Of a DNA stretch of 64,000 nt, positions 29,963 through 39,371 are shown piece by piece. The notes under the pieces were generated by a model. That model worked only from the letters and a program-made list of their open reading frames with translations. It ran no database searches and was not told the DNA's origin. The DNA lies in the NCBI GenBank assembly GCA_963729045.1, contig CAVSMN010000012.1:224001-288000 (forward strand). The letters run 5' to 3'. Origin of the DNA: an uncultured Nitrososphaeraceae archaeon. Its GTDB lineage: Archaea; Thermoproteota; Nitrososphaeria; Nitrososphaerales; Nitrososphaeraceae. Position numbers and translations under genes: made by a program. How positions within the stretch are numbered: position 1 is the stretch's first letter; the number at the start of each line of letters is the position of its first letter.

Positions 29963-30921
29963 TTATACTGGATAAGCGCCGCAAGTCTTGCAAAAACTGC
30001 CCTTCCAAATAAATATAATGTTACAAGAGGGACATCTTTTAGATTTTTCAGGTTGATCACAGATTTGATGAATAGGTGGGTCAAAAAATTTTCTATATAT
30101 TTGATAATAAAACATATGCTCTTTAGTTCTAATTGAAACTCCTTCGTTTTTTGCCTTACTATATCCTTCAAGGAAATTCTGCACCGGTAATACTATTTTC
30201 TAAATACGGTATAATCTTATTTATCCCTGATCCACTTTCTAATGCTTCTTTCCTTCTCCAAGTAATTTCGTCTCCCAACATTTCTCTAAAACAACTTCTT
30301 AAAAAAAATTTTCCATAAACCATGCTATTGTGTACAGCGATTTTTTCATTTACTGATAATGACTGACTAAACTTTATGATAGTATTATCAAGAAACGGGG
30401 TTGTTATTCCGAGATCGTATTTTTTTGAGAATATAATTGATACAAACTCCATATTTTGAACTATCTTATTTAATTTTGATTGCAAAATCTCTGGAGTCTT
30501 AAGGTATTTACCCAGAAAGTTATACCCACCGAAGAGTTCATCTGCCCCATCTCCTAGAATAATCATATTTGATTTAAGCCTTTTCGCCTCTTTAAATCCC
30601 AAAAGCTGAACTACACTATTTCTTAGGAATATCGGATCAAATGTCTTAAAGTCCCTTATCAGTTCATCGCAGGTTTTCCAAGATTATTTTCATAGATGGC
30701 ATTACAATGTGATGATTTAGGGCATATTTCTTCGCGATTAAAGTAGAATATAGATAATCGGAACAATTTTGATCGATAGATACAGTTATGGCTTCTCTCG
30801 GATGCATATAATTAAGAAGGATACTACTATCTAATCCTCCAGATAGTAATATAGACCCCCCATGGGATTTCCTGCATACGTTTTGCAGAAGTTCTTGGAA
30901 TTCTTTATATGAATTTAGCAA
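29963..30921 (-). CDS. Asparagine-synthase-like ATP pyrophosphatase with C-terminal zinc ribbon (two frameshifts; three ORF-track pieces)
   Basis: LLSGGLDSS, GDGADELFGGY, TPFLD, GKFFLR, WRRKE, then CPSC...CKTCG; pieces join by single-base shifts at ~30670 and ~30177. Confidence 0.85.
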
Positions 30922-30978
30922 ACATTATAGATATCGATTTTACGTTTATAAATCTAAATCGTTAAACCTTAAACCTGA

Positions 30979-32325
30979 ATGGAATTTAGAGCAAAAAAAA
31001 AATGTATTAATCCATCCTGCGGGATAGAATATTCCATAGATAATGATATTTATCGTTGCTCTTGCGGCTTTCTTCTAGATATAAAATATCCAGATGTCCC
31101 TAATAGAGAATTGATCGAAGTATTTTATCAACGACGTAATTTTGGAGGGAATATTTTCAATGAAAGTGGTGTATGGCGATATAGAGAATTATTAAATTTT
31201 GTTGACGTTGATACTGAGAGCGTGCAAGATTGCTCCAAATTATTAGTATCACTGGATGGTTCAGAAGGTAGATCTTCAAGGCCATACCAAATGAGTAAGG
31301 TTGCAAAGTACGTCAATTTACCCAATAACAATTTATTCCTTCAACCTGAGGGTTATAACCCGAGTGGGTCCTTCAAGGATAATGGAATGGCTGCTGCAGT
31401 CACACACGCAAAGTTATTGAGTGTTAAGAAAATAGTTTGTGCCTCTACTGGAAATACTTCGGCATCTGCTGCAATGTATGCCTCAAATGAAGGATTTGAT
31501 TGTGATGTTTACATCCCCAGAGGTGAAATAGCTCCCGGAAAGCTTGGTCAAGCCTTTCAATTTGGCGCTCAAGTACTTCAAGTGGATGGTAATTTTGATG
31601 ATGCTCTAACACTATCTTTAGAGATAGCCTCGAAAGAAGGCGGATATACCGTAAACTCTTTGAATCCATTTAGAATTGAAGGTCAAAAAACCATAATTTA
31701 TCGGATAATGGAATATCTTAATTGGAACCCGCCTGACTGGATCGTATACCCTGGAGGTGCTCTAGGTAATATATCCAGTTGTGGAAAGGCGCTCATTGAG
31801 CTCTACGAATGGGGTTGGATAAAAAAGATACCTCGCGTTTTGGTCGTAAATGCTGCAGGAGCAAATACTTTTTATCAACTAGTAAATGGGTTGTTTGAGG
31901 ATACCGAACTAAAATGGAATGCCGGAAAAGTTAATACTGATCTAATTGACCGATTCTATCAAAAACAGCAAGAAAGGAATATTATACCTAAGACACAAGC
32001 AACAGCAATTCAGATCGGAAAGCCTGCTAACATAGTTAAAGCATTGAGAACAATCGAGTTTACGAATGGCATTGTAGAACAGGTTCAGGATATAGATATG
32101 ATGGATGGAATGACAATAGTGGGGTTGAATGGATTTGATTGTGAAATGGCATCAGGATCTGTGCCTGCAGGAATAATGAAGTTACGCGAAAAAGAATTTA
32201 TAAAAAAAGATGAGATTGTTGTAGGGGTATTAACAGGCAGGCAAAAGGATCCATCAATTGCAATTCAATATCATTTGCTCAAATCTAATACATATGCCAG
32301 ACCACCTCGCGAATTGATTAATTGA
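30979..32325 (+). CDS. thrC: Threonine synthase
   Basis: NPSGSFKDNGM PLP lysine, CASTGNTSAS, NSLNPFRIEGQKT. Confidence 0.93.
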   Translation: MEFRAKKKCINPSCGIEYSIDNDIYRCSCGFLLDIKYPDVPNRELIEVFYQRRNFGGNIFNESGVWRYRELLNFVDVDTESVQDCSKLLVSLDGSEGRSSRPYQMSKVAKYVNLPNNNLFLQPEGYNPSGSFKDNGMAAAVTHAKLLSVKKIVCASTGNTSASAAMYASNEGFDCDVYIPRGEIAPGKLGQAFQFGAQVLQVDGNFDDALTLSLEIASKEGGYTVNSLNPFRIEGQKTIIYRIMEYLNWNPPDWIVYPGGALGNISSCGKALIELYEWGWIKKIPRVLVVNAAGANTFYQLVNGLFEDTELKWNAGKVNTDLIDRFYQKQQERNIIPKTQATAIQIGKPANIVKALRTIEFTNGIVEQVQDIDMMDGMTIVGLNGFDCEMASGSVPAGIMKLREKEFIKKDEIVVGVLTGRQKDPSIAIQYHLLKSNTYARPPRELIN

Positions 32326-33727
32326 GATCTTGGTATCGATTTTTTTCAAACGCCTTTAATGCTGAGAGGATAGCATGGGATTTATCTTCAGTTTCTTGAT
32401 ATTCTTTATCAGGTACCGAATCTATTACAATTCCCGCACCAGACTGCGTAAATGCGTTCTTTTTATTAAAAAAGATCGACCTTATGGTTATGGCAAAATC
32501 GCATGATTGATTGAAGGAAAAATAGCCAACAGCTCCAGCATATGGTCCTCTACTTTCTGGTTCAAGATCATTTATGATTTCCATTGCTCTAATTTTGGGA
32601 GCTCCTGATATTGTACCCGCTGGAAATACAGCTCTAAATGCATCAAATGAATCATATTTTTTATGTAGGATACCCTCTACATGAGATACAATGTGTTGGA
32701 TGTGACTAAATTTTTTTACTTTCATTAATTCTGAGGTAATAACCGATCCAAATTGACAAACTTTTCCCAGATCATTTCTCGCTAAATCCACCAACATAGT
32801 GTGTTCGGCAATTTCTTTCTGATCTTTTAACAATTCTCTTCGAAGGAGTTCTGTAACTTCTTTATCTAAAAATACCGGTCTTGAGCCAGCAATGGGGTAA
32901 GTTTCAACCAGGTCCCCCGTTATCCGTAGCAACATTTCAGGGCTGGATCCAAGTAAAATCCTAGGACCGGTTTTATAATAAAACATATAAGGAGAAGGAT
33001 TGATCTTCCTGAGCTCCTCATACATTTGTAGATGGTTTCCAGTAAAATTGAATTTTATTTTCTTTGACAATACTGTTTGAAAAATATCCCCAGCAGATAG
33101 GTGATCCTTGATCTGATTCACTTTGTTTTCAAATGCCTTCTTTTTCATACTTCTCTTTGGCAGTGAAAATGTTGAGTTATATTTTCTTGATATTTTAGTT
33201 TTGCTTTTCATAATCTTTTTAATAGTATCAATTCTTGATTTATCATAAAAAAAATATTCAAGTCTCTTTTTCATATGATGGTACACTAAACCATCTTCAA
33301 AAAACCCAAATTCAAGAAGAGGGAATGATGTCTTACTTTTGACATTGATTTTCTCCCAATATTTTATTGCCTCATAGCAAAAATAACCCACCAGCCCTCC
33401 AACATATCTATAATCTTTATTGTTGATTATAGGAAAACAATTTTTTAGTGTTTCGAGAGGATCTGTGATCGAAATTTTCCTTAGAATCCTATCATTTTTA
33501 TATACCCATAACGTATTATTGTCGCATTTAATTTTATATTTAGGACCAAAACCCATAATCGAAGATTCTACCAATTCCTGAGGTCCTTCTAATGATTCAA
33601 AAATAAAAATGTCAGTGAACTCATCACTTATTCTCTTGAATATGTCAAATGGATGCATATTTGTTTCCAAATTAACAAAAGTTGGTTCAATATCAATCTT
33701 GAAGAGTCTGTCTAAATCATTTGACAC
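32318..33727 (-). CDS. trpE: Anthranilate synthase component I (chorismate-binding)
   Basis: GDIFQTVLS, NPSPYM, GSSPE, PIAGSR, EHTMLVDLARND, FPAGTISGAPKIRAMEII. Confidence 0.85.
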   Translation of the reverse strand: MSNDLDRLFKIDIEPTFVNLETNMHPFDIFKRISDEFTDIFIFESLEGPQELVESSIMGFGPKYKIKCDNNTLWVYKNDRILRKISITDPLETLKNCFPIINNKDYRYVGGLVGYFCYEAIKYWEKINVKSKTSFPLLEFGFFEDGLVYHHMKKRLEYFFYDKSRIDTIKKIMKSKTKISRKYNSTFSLPKRSMKKKAFENKVNQIKDHLSAGDIFQTVLSKKIKFNFTGNHLQMYEELRKINPSPYMFYYKTGPRILLGSSPEMLLRITGDLVETYPIAGSRPVFLDKEVTELLRRELLKDQKEIAEHTMLVDLARNDLGKVCQFGSVITSELMKVKKFSHIQHIVSHVEGILHKKYDSFDAFRAVFPAGTISGAPKIRAMEIINDLEPESRGPYAGAVGYFSFNQSCDFAITIRSIFFNKKNAFTQSGAGIVIDSVPDKEYQETEDKSHAILSALKAFEKNRYQDLN

Positions 33728-33740
33728 AAAAAATCCCTAT

Positions 33741-34163
33741 CTAACGTAAGTCTGCTAAATCGTCATTATTAAAAGTGCCCTTAATTGAAAGTGGTTTTCT
33801 ACCCATAAATCCTTCATTTTTACCATGCCAAAATTTAATTTTATCCTCACCTATCTTCCAGCATAACCATACCTCCTCGTTAAAACGTTTTGAAGGGAAA
33901 TCTAAAAGGCCTTCATCAAAACTCTTAATCAAAATACCCAATCCTTCGAGGTCCTCGATATCTCTATACATTTCAGTTATTGCCCTATTAACTTGACTTT
34001 TCTTTATGAAAAATGACTCGTGTGACAATTCTTGATTTACCACTGAATTTAGTTCAGCCTGAAGATCCATTATGCTATTTCTCTGCATCAAAATATTAGC
34101 AAACTTAACCTTTACTTCTGGTAATATCCTGTTAGCTTTGACCGGAGTGAAGAAATTAAACAT
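33741..34163 (-). CDS. DUF2203 family protein
   Basis: FT..AN.ILP, GLLDFP, LCWKIGE..I.FWH...GF.GRKP; likely start ATG 34163. Confidence 0.85.
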   Translation of the reverse strand: MFNFFTPVKANRILPEVKVKFANILMQRNSIMDLQAELNSVVNQELSHESFFIKKSQVNRAITEMYRDIEDLEGLGILIKSFDEGLLDFPSKRFNEEVWLCWKIGEDKIKFWHGKNEGFMGRKPLSIKGTFNNDDLADLR

Positions 34164-34273
34164 GAAGATGAGTAAAGTCAATAAATATTTATTTTTATTT
34201 ATTAATCTAGTATTGATCACTTCGATACAGGAACAATTATGAATTAATATTACAATTACTCAACTGAATTGAA

Positions 34274-35677
34274 ATGAGTATAATTAAAAACAAAAATACC
34301 ATTGTTAGATATCATAATTGTAAATCATTAAGTGATTCCTTAAGTGCTTTGGATTATGCTTTCAAAAATTCTGATCCTGAAAGGCTCGTTAGTGAATCTA
34401 TTCACGTAGGTTCAAATATGCAAATTACGGATATAAATAATAAAATACACAAATTTGACCTCCCTGATACAGCATCGACTTTGGTTGTTAGTGTAGGCAA
34501 AGCGTCTGAAAAAATGCTTGTTGGATTCTTTGATAAAATGAGAGATAGAATTAAGAAAACTATATTGATTATCCCTGTCGGATATGTACTTGAAAAAAAT
34601 AATTTTGAATTATTGAATAGTGCAACAGTAATTCAATCATCTCACCCAATTCCAAATGTCCAAAGCACCTTGGCTGCTAGAAAAGTAGTTGAGGAATTAC
34701 AAAATAGAAAAGGTATACAATTAATAGTCTTTTTAATATCTGGAGGTTCATCTTCTCTAATGGTATCCCCTATTGAGGGGATTAACCTTATGGACAAGAA
34801 AATTATTAATAAATTGCTGATAACCTCGGGTGCTAATATAAGAGAGATAAATATAGTTAGAAAGCATCTTTCAAGAATCAAGGGTGGTAAAATATTACTA
34901 CGAATTGATCCTAGCACTCCTGTCATCAGTTTGATTCTCTCTGACGTAGTAGGTGATCATCTCGATACCATAGGGTCAGGATTAACATCATCAGATAGAA
35001 CTACATTTAAAGAGGCGCTTTCTATTTTGAATAACTATTTCATCTTAGATCGCAAATCCGAATCTATTAGAAAGATAAAAGTCGTGCTAGAATCAGGGAT
35101 TAGGTCTGAAATACCCGAAACCTTGAAACCAAAAGAGTTTCGTTCAAGGAACGTAACTAACATCATTATCGGAAACAATTCAAATTTTTGTCGACTAATT
35201 CAGGAATGTTTTAAAAATCAAGGTTATTCCACAAATTATATGGGATCAAATTATGGAATTCCTATGAATGATTTCATTAAGATTGCATCCAAGATAATTA
35301 ATACTAAATACGAGCCGAAAACATGTATCATTTTGGGTGGAGAAGTCACCAATACGCTATCAGGCCGTAAGATTGGAATAGGGGGTAGAAATCAAGAAGC
35401 AATTTGTCATATGCTGCAAGTAATTAGGAAATGCGACCTTCTTGATTTTTCCTTTATTTGCATAGGCACTGATGGTATTGATGGAAACTCTTCTTCAGCA
35501 GGCGGCTTCATCACACCAAAGACTATCGAACTGTTGAAAGGTAAAAAATTAGATGTTAATTACTATCTTAGAACAAGCAACTCTAATGTATTACTCACAA
35601 AATTACGTTCAAATATAGACACTGGCTATACGGGTGCAAATTTCAATGACGTTTATCTATTCGTCCGAAATAATTAA
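34274..35677 (+). CDS. Glycerate 2-kinase (DUF4147/MOFRL family)
   Basis: VGKAS, HPIP, LISGGSSSL, VRKHLSRIKGG, SDVVGD, GGRNQE, GTDGIDG. Confidence 0.92.
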   Translation: MSIIKNKNTIVRYHNCKSLSDSLSALDYAFKNSDPERLVSESIHVGSNMQITDINNKIHKFDLPDTASTLVVSVGKASEKMLVGFFDKMRDRIKKTILIIPVGYVLEKNNFELLNSATVIQSSHPIPNVQSTLAARKVVEELQNRKGIQLIVFLISGGSSSLMVSPIEGINLMDKKIINKLLITSGANIREINIVRKHLSRIKGGKILLRIDPSTPVISLILSDVVGDHLDTIGSGLTSSDRTTFKEALSILNNYFILDRKSESIRKIKVVLESGIRSEIPETLKPKEFRSRNVTNIIIGNNSNFCRLIQECFKNQGYSTNYMGSNYGIPMNDFIKIASKIINTKYEPKTCIILGGEVTNTLSGRKIGIGGRNQEAICHMLQVIRKCDLLDFSFICIGTDGIDGNSSSAGGFITPKTIELLKGKKLDVNYYLRTSNSNVLLTKLRSNIDTGYTGANFNDVYLFVRNN

Positions 35678-35700
35678 TTATAGGTTTCTATTATCCTTGC

Positions 35701-36153
35701 CTAAATGGTCCATTCTATGGGAATATCTTGATATATTCCATTTGGAAGTATTCTCCTTATAGAAATTGGCAAAGTTTTCTTTTCCAGTTCGTATTTAGCT
35801 ATCAGGATAGTATCTGTAAATTCTGGTGGTATCTTTGTTAGAATGGGTGCCCCCAATGACAATTGCAATGAACGGGCACCTGTAATCCTAGCTTTTTCAA
35901 ATCTAGTTAACCGAACAGGGCCAATTAGGATTTCATTATTCTTAGATGGAATCTCCTTGAGCCTAAATTCTACATCAGCGTCATAAGTTTTGTATACTAT
36001 AACCACGCTTGGCTCTTTTTCCCCCACTTCACTTCGTTTATTATCTGAATCTTCTAATTGCAAATTATCTTTTCCACCGTCATCAATTTTATCCATATCC
36101 AAATCATCATCCTTCACCGTACTTGACTTCTTTTTTGCTCGCTTGACAGCCAC
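35701..36153 (-). CDS. rpoK: RNA polymerase subunit Rpo6 (K)
   Basis: LTRFEKARITGARSLQLSLGAP, LPISIRR. Confidence 0.94.
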   Translation of the reverse strand: MAVKRAKKKSSTVKDDDLDMDKIDDGGKDNLQLEDSDNKRSEVGEKEPSVVIVYKTYDADVEFRLKEIPSKNNEILIGPVRLTRFEKARITGARSLQLSLGAPILTKIPPEFTDTILIAKYELEKKTLPISIRRILPNGIYQDIPIEWTI

Positions 36154-36219
36154 TACTAAAAAAAAAGATCAATATATATAATTAAATGTTGCTGAAAGTT
36201 CATATTTATAAATCTTTTA

Positions 36220-36623
36220 TTGATATTTGTGTCATCAGAGTTTCAAAGTGTTTCAACAATACCAATAATAATAGAGTTAAATCAGGCATTTAAATTAAAA
36301 GGTGAATTCAAAAGACATCTTTCACCCTTAACTATAAAGAAACTACTTAGTGCATTCCCCATATCTGGTCGAATTAATAGCTATGATGGTAAATTTGTTT
36401 ATATACAGGTGGGTCTCCAGCTAGGATCTGAAAAACCCATCAACATTTTCAAAAAAGGTGATTTGGCATTTTCTCCATTAGGAAATTTCCTTTGTATTTT
36501 ATTAGATGATGCTATATTAAATCAAAAACTGAATTTATTGGGGAGGGTTACCTCAGATAATGTCGATATATTAAATCTTTTAAAGTGGGAGATTATCTGA
36601 GCCTTAAAAAGTCCATGAATTAA
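36220..36623 (+). CDS. Cyclophilin-like fold protein (probable frameshift near 36575)
   Basis: LSPLT, GDLAFSPLGNFLCI, NLLGRV; shifted frame gives C-terminus KSFKVGDYLSLKKSMN. Confidence 0.7.
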
Positions 36624-36630
36624 AAATTGA

Positions 36631-36948
36631 CTACTTTGACTTTTGATATATCCTATGTCCGCTGTAGCCCCCTATTGATTTTATGATGCTCTTGCCCTCT
36701 AAATTTTTCAAGAAATTATTAGCAACCGAAATTTTCACACCTAATGCCCTTGCGAACGAATGAGCTGTGATAGCTTTCATCGAGTCTAGTGTCTTTAATC
36801 CCTGAGATTCTTCAATCAATACCGAGAGTTTTTGTTTCTGCTGAGTTTTAGAAGCTGGCGTCTTTTTTACCTCCTCTTTTTTACCTCCTTTATTCTCTTG
36901 AGATTTGGAAGCATTCGACTGACTTGGCTTTTTCTTATTTCCGCCCAT
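36631..36948 (-). CDS. rps25e: 30S ribosomal protein eS25
   Basis: MGGNKKK basic tail; ITAHSFARALGVKISVA..L..L winged helix. Confidence 0.88.
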   Translation of the reverse strand: MGGNKKKPSQSNASKSQENKGGKKEEVKKTPASKTQQKQKLSVLIEESQGLKTLDSMKAITAHSFARALGVKISVANNFLKNLEGKSIIKSIGGYSGHRIYQKSK

Positions 36949-36980
36949 TGTTAAACAAAATTTCTATATTCGCAGATTAT

Positions 36981-38042
36981 TTATATCTTTAAGATTGGCT
37001 TTACTTTGAGTGTTATTCTGAAACATGTGAGAATATCCTTGCATCTATTACGTATAGTTACTTCTGTTACTCCAGCTAATCGAGAGATATCCATCTGTAA
37101 TATATTAATTCCAAGAAGGACCGATGCGAGATATAGATATGCTGCTGCAATACCGTTTGGAGATTTGCCATCTGAAAGAAGATGATTTTCCGTTTTTTTC
37201 GCTATCTCAATGGCCAGACGCTCAATTTTAACATCAAATTTTGCTGTGTTAGCTAATTTAGAAATGTACTGATTTATGTTGATTGATTGCATGTTTAATA
37301 TCGTAAAACTCTGCTTGTTTTTATTTCCGGTCCTTGGATCTTGCTGCATAAAATCAGTAATTTTGTTTTGGGCTTGAATTGTCCAATCGGTATCATCGTT
37401 TTCGCAAATCAATACCATCGAACGATAGTATTTCGAAGCCAATTTCAGATTTTCGTTTGCGTCTTCGGTGTTACCATTATGTTGTACTATTTCGTTAAGA
37501 GATCTAAGGACTTTGCAAATTTTGCATGCATAATATATAGCAGCTGCAGCCATGGATGCTGAAGATTTTCCCTTGGTATCGTTTCTATTCTCATAATTTC
37601 TGTAAATTAATGCTGCCGTTTCACATACAACTTTAGGAAACGACATGAGCGAACAAGTCTCATTAATCTTTGATAACACATTTGAAAGTCTCCTGTCTTT
37701 GGAATTTGAGATCCTTATTATATTGTTCCATTTCCTAAGATTGACAACTGACTTTCTGATATCATCATTGAAATGTCGACCAGAATAGTCTTTGCATTGG
37801 TTATCAATCTCAGTATGAAGACCATAATCATGGTACGCAATACTGTTTACACCACTAGCTCTCAAATTATTCGATTTATGTCCGGGGTCGCTAATATAAG
37901 CATCTGGACCTTGATATTCTAAATTTTCTTCAACCACATAGCCACATATACTGCATACAAATTCACCTTTTACTGTATCTTGCACCAGGTTTGCATGACA
38001 TTCAGGGCATTCATTCAAGAGATCTACATCATTCGAAACCAT
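36981..38042 (-). CDS. tfb: Transcription initiation factor IIB paralog
   Basis: CPEC...CSICG zinc ribbon, two cyclin repeats, GKSPNGIAAA, GVTEVTIRNR. Confidence 0.93.
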   Translation of the reverse strand: MVSNDVDLLNECPECHANLVQDTVKGEFVCSICGYVVEENLEYQGPDAYISDPGHKSNNLRASGVNSIAYHDYGLHTEIDNQCKDYSGRHFNDDIRKSVVNLRKWNNIIRISNSKDRRLSNVLSKINETCSLMSFPKVVCETAALIYRNYENRNDTKGKSSASMAAAAIYYACKICKVLRSLNEIVQHNGNTEDANENLKLASKYYRSMVLICENDDTDWTIQAQNKITDFMQQDPRTGNKNKQSFTILNMQSININQYISKLANTAKFDVKIERLAIEIAKKTENHLLSDGKSPNGIAAAYLYLASVLLGINILQMDISRLAGVTEVTIRNRCKDILTCFRITLKVKPILKI

Positions 38043-38051
38043 TTATGTCAC

Positions 38052-38348
38052 CTATTTCTTATTGTTCTTAATTTTCTTCTTATTTTTAGATTTGAAATAA
38101 AAATCTTTTTTTCCTGTAATGGGAAAATACACTTTCAAACCTGCCATCTTACTCTTGGCTTGAACAAAGGGAATTATCGAGGCATAGGGGGAGTTCACTG
38201 ACCCAATTAATTCAGCAATCTTGCCTACCCTCTTATCTTTATTATCTAATACTATCAACCCAGATTTCACATGTGAACCATTATTCTCTACTCTTACTAT
38301 CAAGCGACCGCTCTTAGAAAAATGAAGTATTTCTCCCAGCAATTCCAT
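38052..38348 (-). CDS. gar1: H/ACA RNP subunit Gar1/Naf1
   Basis: LGEILH..SGRLIVR, VGKIAELIGSVNSPYASI; adjacent to tfb; likely start ATG 38348. Confidence 0.85.
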   Translation of the reverse strand: MELLGEILHFSKSGRLIVRVENNGSHVKSGLIVLDNKDKRVGKIAELIGSVNSPYASIIPFVQAKSKMAGLKVYFPITGKKDFYFKSKNKKKIKNNKK

Positions 38349-38439
38349 AGTCAAAATTCGATAATCATTATTACTTACATATTCTTCTGTCAATTAAAGC
38401 TATCAAATCTATCAATTATTATTATTTAGTCATGCATAT

Positions 38440-38513
38440 AGGTCATGACGGGATTTGAACCCGCGACCTAAGGTTTACAAAACCTTCGCTCTGCCAGGCT
38501 GAGCTACATGACC
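38440..38513 (-). tRNA. tRNA-Thr(TGT)
   Basis: GGTCATG TA GCTC AGCCTGGCA GAGC G AAGGT TTTGTAA ACCTT AGGTC GCGGG TTCAAAT CCCGT CATGACC T. Confidence 0.93.
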
Positions 38514-38563
38514 ATGATTTTATTATCAATTAAATTCTGTAATTAAAAGCTTTTGTATATATA

Positions 38564-38878
38564 GTGACCTCTTTTTTTAAAGATATGTATATGACTGAAG
38601 TCAATAAGAAGAAAATATTTACCGTTAACGTGAGCATCGAAAACAAACCATTTCTCAATGATCCTGAAGGGGAAACAGTGCTCAACGATCTTATTCTCAA
38701 AGAGAACTATTCCGATATAGTTTCAGTCAGATCAGCTAAATCCCTGCGTATCAAAATCTTATCCGAGACTGAGACCGAAGCATTATTCAAAGTAAAGAAA
38801 ATGTGTGATGATTTGCGAATTTACAATCCCATTGTAAGTAATTGCGAACTTTCGATTAAGGAAATCCAAAATAAATAA
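38564..38878 (+). CDS. purS: FGAM synthase subunit PurS
   Basis: KPFLNDPEGETV, VRSAK, KMCDDL.IYNPIV; start may be ATG 38591. Confidence 0.9.
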   Translation: MTSFFKDMYMTEVNKKKIFTVNVSIENKPFLNDPEGETVLNDLILKENYSDIVSVRSAKSLRIKILSETETEALFKVKKMCDDLRIYNPIVSNCELSIKEIQNK

Positions 38879-38949
38879 TTATTTTTGCATTAATTAATTA
38901 ATATAATAAAACTTAAAGGTTAGAAAGAACTTTTTTTATTGCAAGGCAT

Positions 38950-39261
38950 TTGAAGGATTATGAAAATGTTATCATCTGGGTGGACTATTATAATAAAAAC
39001 TTATCTAGGGGAAAAGGTAGACGGATATCAAAATCGATGGCGGTCTACGATCCGATGATAACGGAGTTGGTTGCCGCCGCAGAATCATTGGGGTATCAAG
39101 TTGAAAAAGATCAGATTAATGATGGTGCAAGGTTTCCTAAAAGACCACACATCAAATCAGGGTATATTATGATATCTAAGAATGAATTACTGAAGAATAA
39201 GATATTAAAGGATATTGCTGAAAAAATAGTTCTAAATAGGACAAAATCAAAAGGCAGGTAG
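38950..39261 (+). CDS. srp19: Signal recognition particle protein SRP19
   Basis: IIWVDY....SRGKGRRI....AV.DP, FPKRP. Confidence 0.92.
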   Translation: MKDYENVIIWVDYYNKNLSRGKGRRISKSMAVYDPMITELVAAAESLGYQVEKDQINDGARFPKRPHIKSGYIMISKNELLKNKILKDIAEKIVLNRTKSKGR

Positions 39262-39371
39262 CTTGAAACTATTAGCAAATACATATTAAAAACATAAATA
39301 ATCAATAGTAGATAGAAAATATGTCTGATTTTTTACGACATGTTAAATAAATTAAGGAAATATATAATAAA

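Noticed and set aside
29956..30318. Separate small ORFs 29956-30171, 29963-30184 and 30133-30318
   Set aside because: 29963-30184 is the frameshifted tail of the AsnB-like gene; the other two are shadow frames
19896..38513. Integrated element at either tRNA
   Set aside because: No duplicated tRNA 3' end or tyrosine integrase seen; flanking genes are mostly housekeeping
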